The translations under genes and the position numbers were made by a program. The notes beneath the pieces are model-generated. The model had not been told where the DNA came from and did no database searches. It was given only the letters and a program-made list of their open reading frames with translations. A stretch of DNA of 61,796 nt, counting the filler. It is 5 parts of 5 records of this genome, joined end to end, with 100 filler letters (N's around TTAATTAATTAA, not from the genome) between each part and the next. Parts side by side here need not be neighbours in the genome. Positions count along the whole stretch, not along the records: positions 55,566 to 61,796 come from SRR2962707_3494; 4 more parts are not named here. One strand, 5' to 3'. Shown here piece after piece: positions 61,625 to 61,796 of this stretch. Numbering within the stretch: the stretch's first letter is position 1; each line of letters begins with the position of its first letter.

Positions 61625-61796
61625 TGAATTTTAGGTGTTAATTATAACACAAGATATAAACACTTCTTAATCTCGATATTATTTATGCTGTTATTTTTAT
61701 CAGAATATAAGAAAAGTATTTTTATCTAAATATTATTGTCGTCCGATAAAAGCAGACAGCGTTTATAGCATTCCACATATATCAAGGGTTAATAGA

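Overview
The window is five unrelated contigs joined by artificial N-TTAATTAATTAA-N linkers. (1) 1-5049: eukaryotic (protist-like) DNA with microsatellites, an intronless coiled-coil gene and a convergent multi-exon EME1/Mms4-like gene that the ORF track fragments. (2) 5150-30481: GC-rich Rhodobacteraceae-like core region (motB', trhO, pncA, marC, pncB, DMT, arfB, yhhQ/VUT, mepA, MFS, BLUF, yggT, recQ, yaaA, hybrid kinase, MoxR/DUF58/BatA-DUF4159 operon, DUF1285, hyi-like, polA'). It also holds a preQ1-I-like riboswitch before yhhQ and an unannotated ~185-nt RNA/sORF upstream of arfB with a 16-nt perfect complement to the 16S rRNA 3' end. (3) 30582-47326: AT-rich Flavobacteriaceae-like contig with a putative phosphorelay-controlled, synthase-dependent glycan secretion locus (hybrid kinase, REC-HPt, single-domain RR, HEAT protein, processive GT2, TPR-YaiO barrel, orphan protein, LtaS-like transferase, divergent surface lipoprotein) and an M1 peptidase. 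(4) 47427-55465: Pseudoalteromonas-like contig (PhoQ-like kinase', LprI-like, AI-2E, TIGR01777, GGDEF, TonB receptor with tandem LacI-type operators). (5) 55566-61796: Flavobacteriaceae-like contig (SDR, methylmalonyl-CoA mutase subunits, FtsB-like, udk) whose intergenic DNA is a mosaic of 7/8-mer repeats. Taxonomy and family calls come from motif recognition, not database searches.
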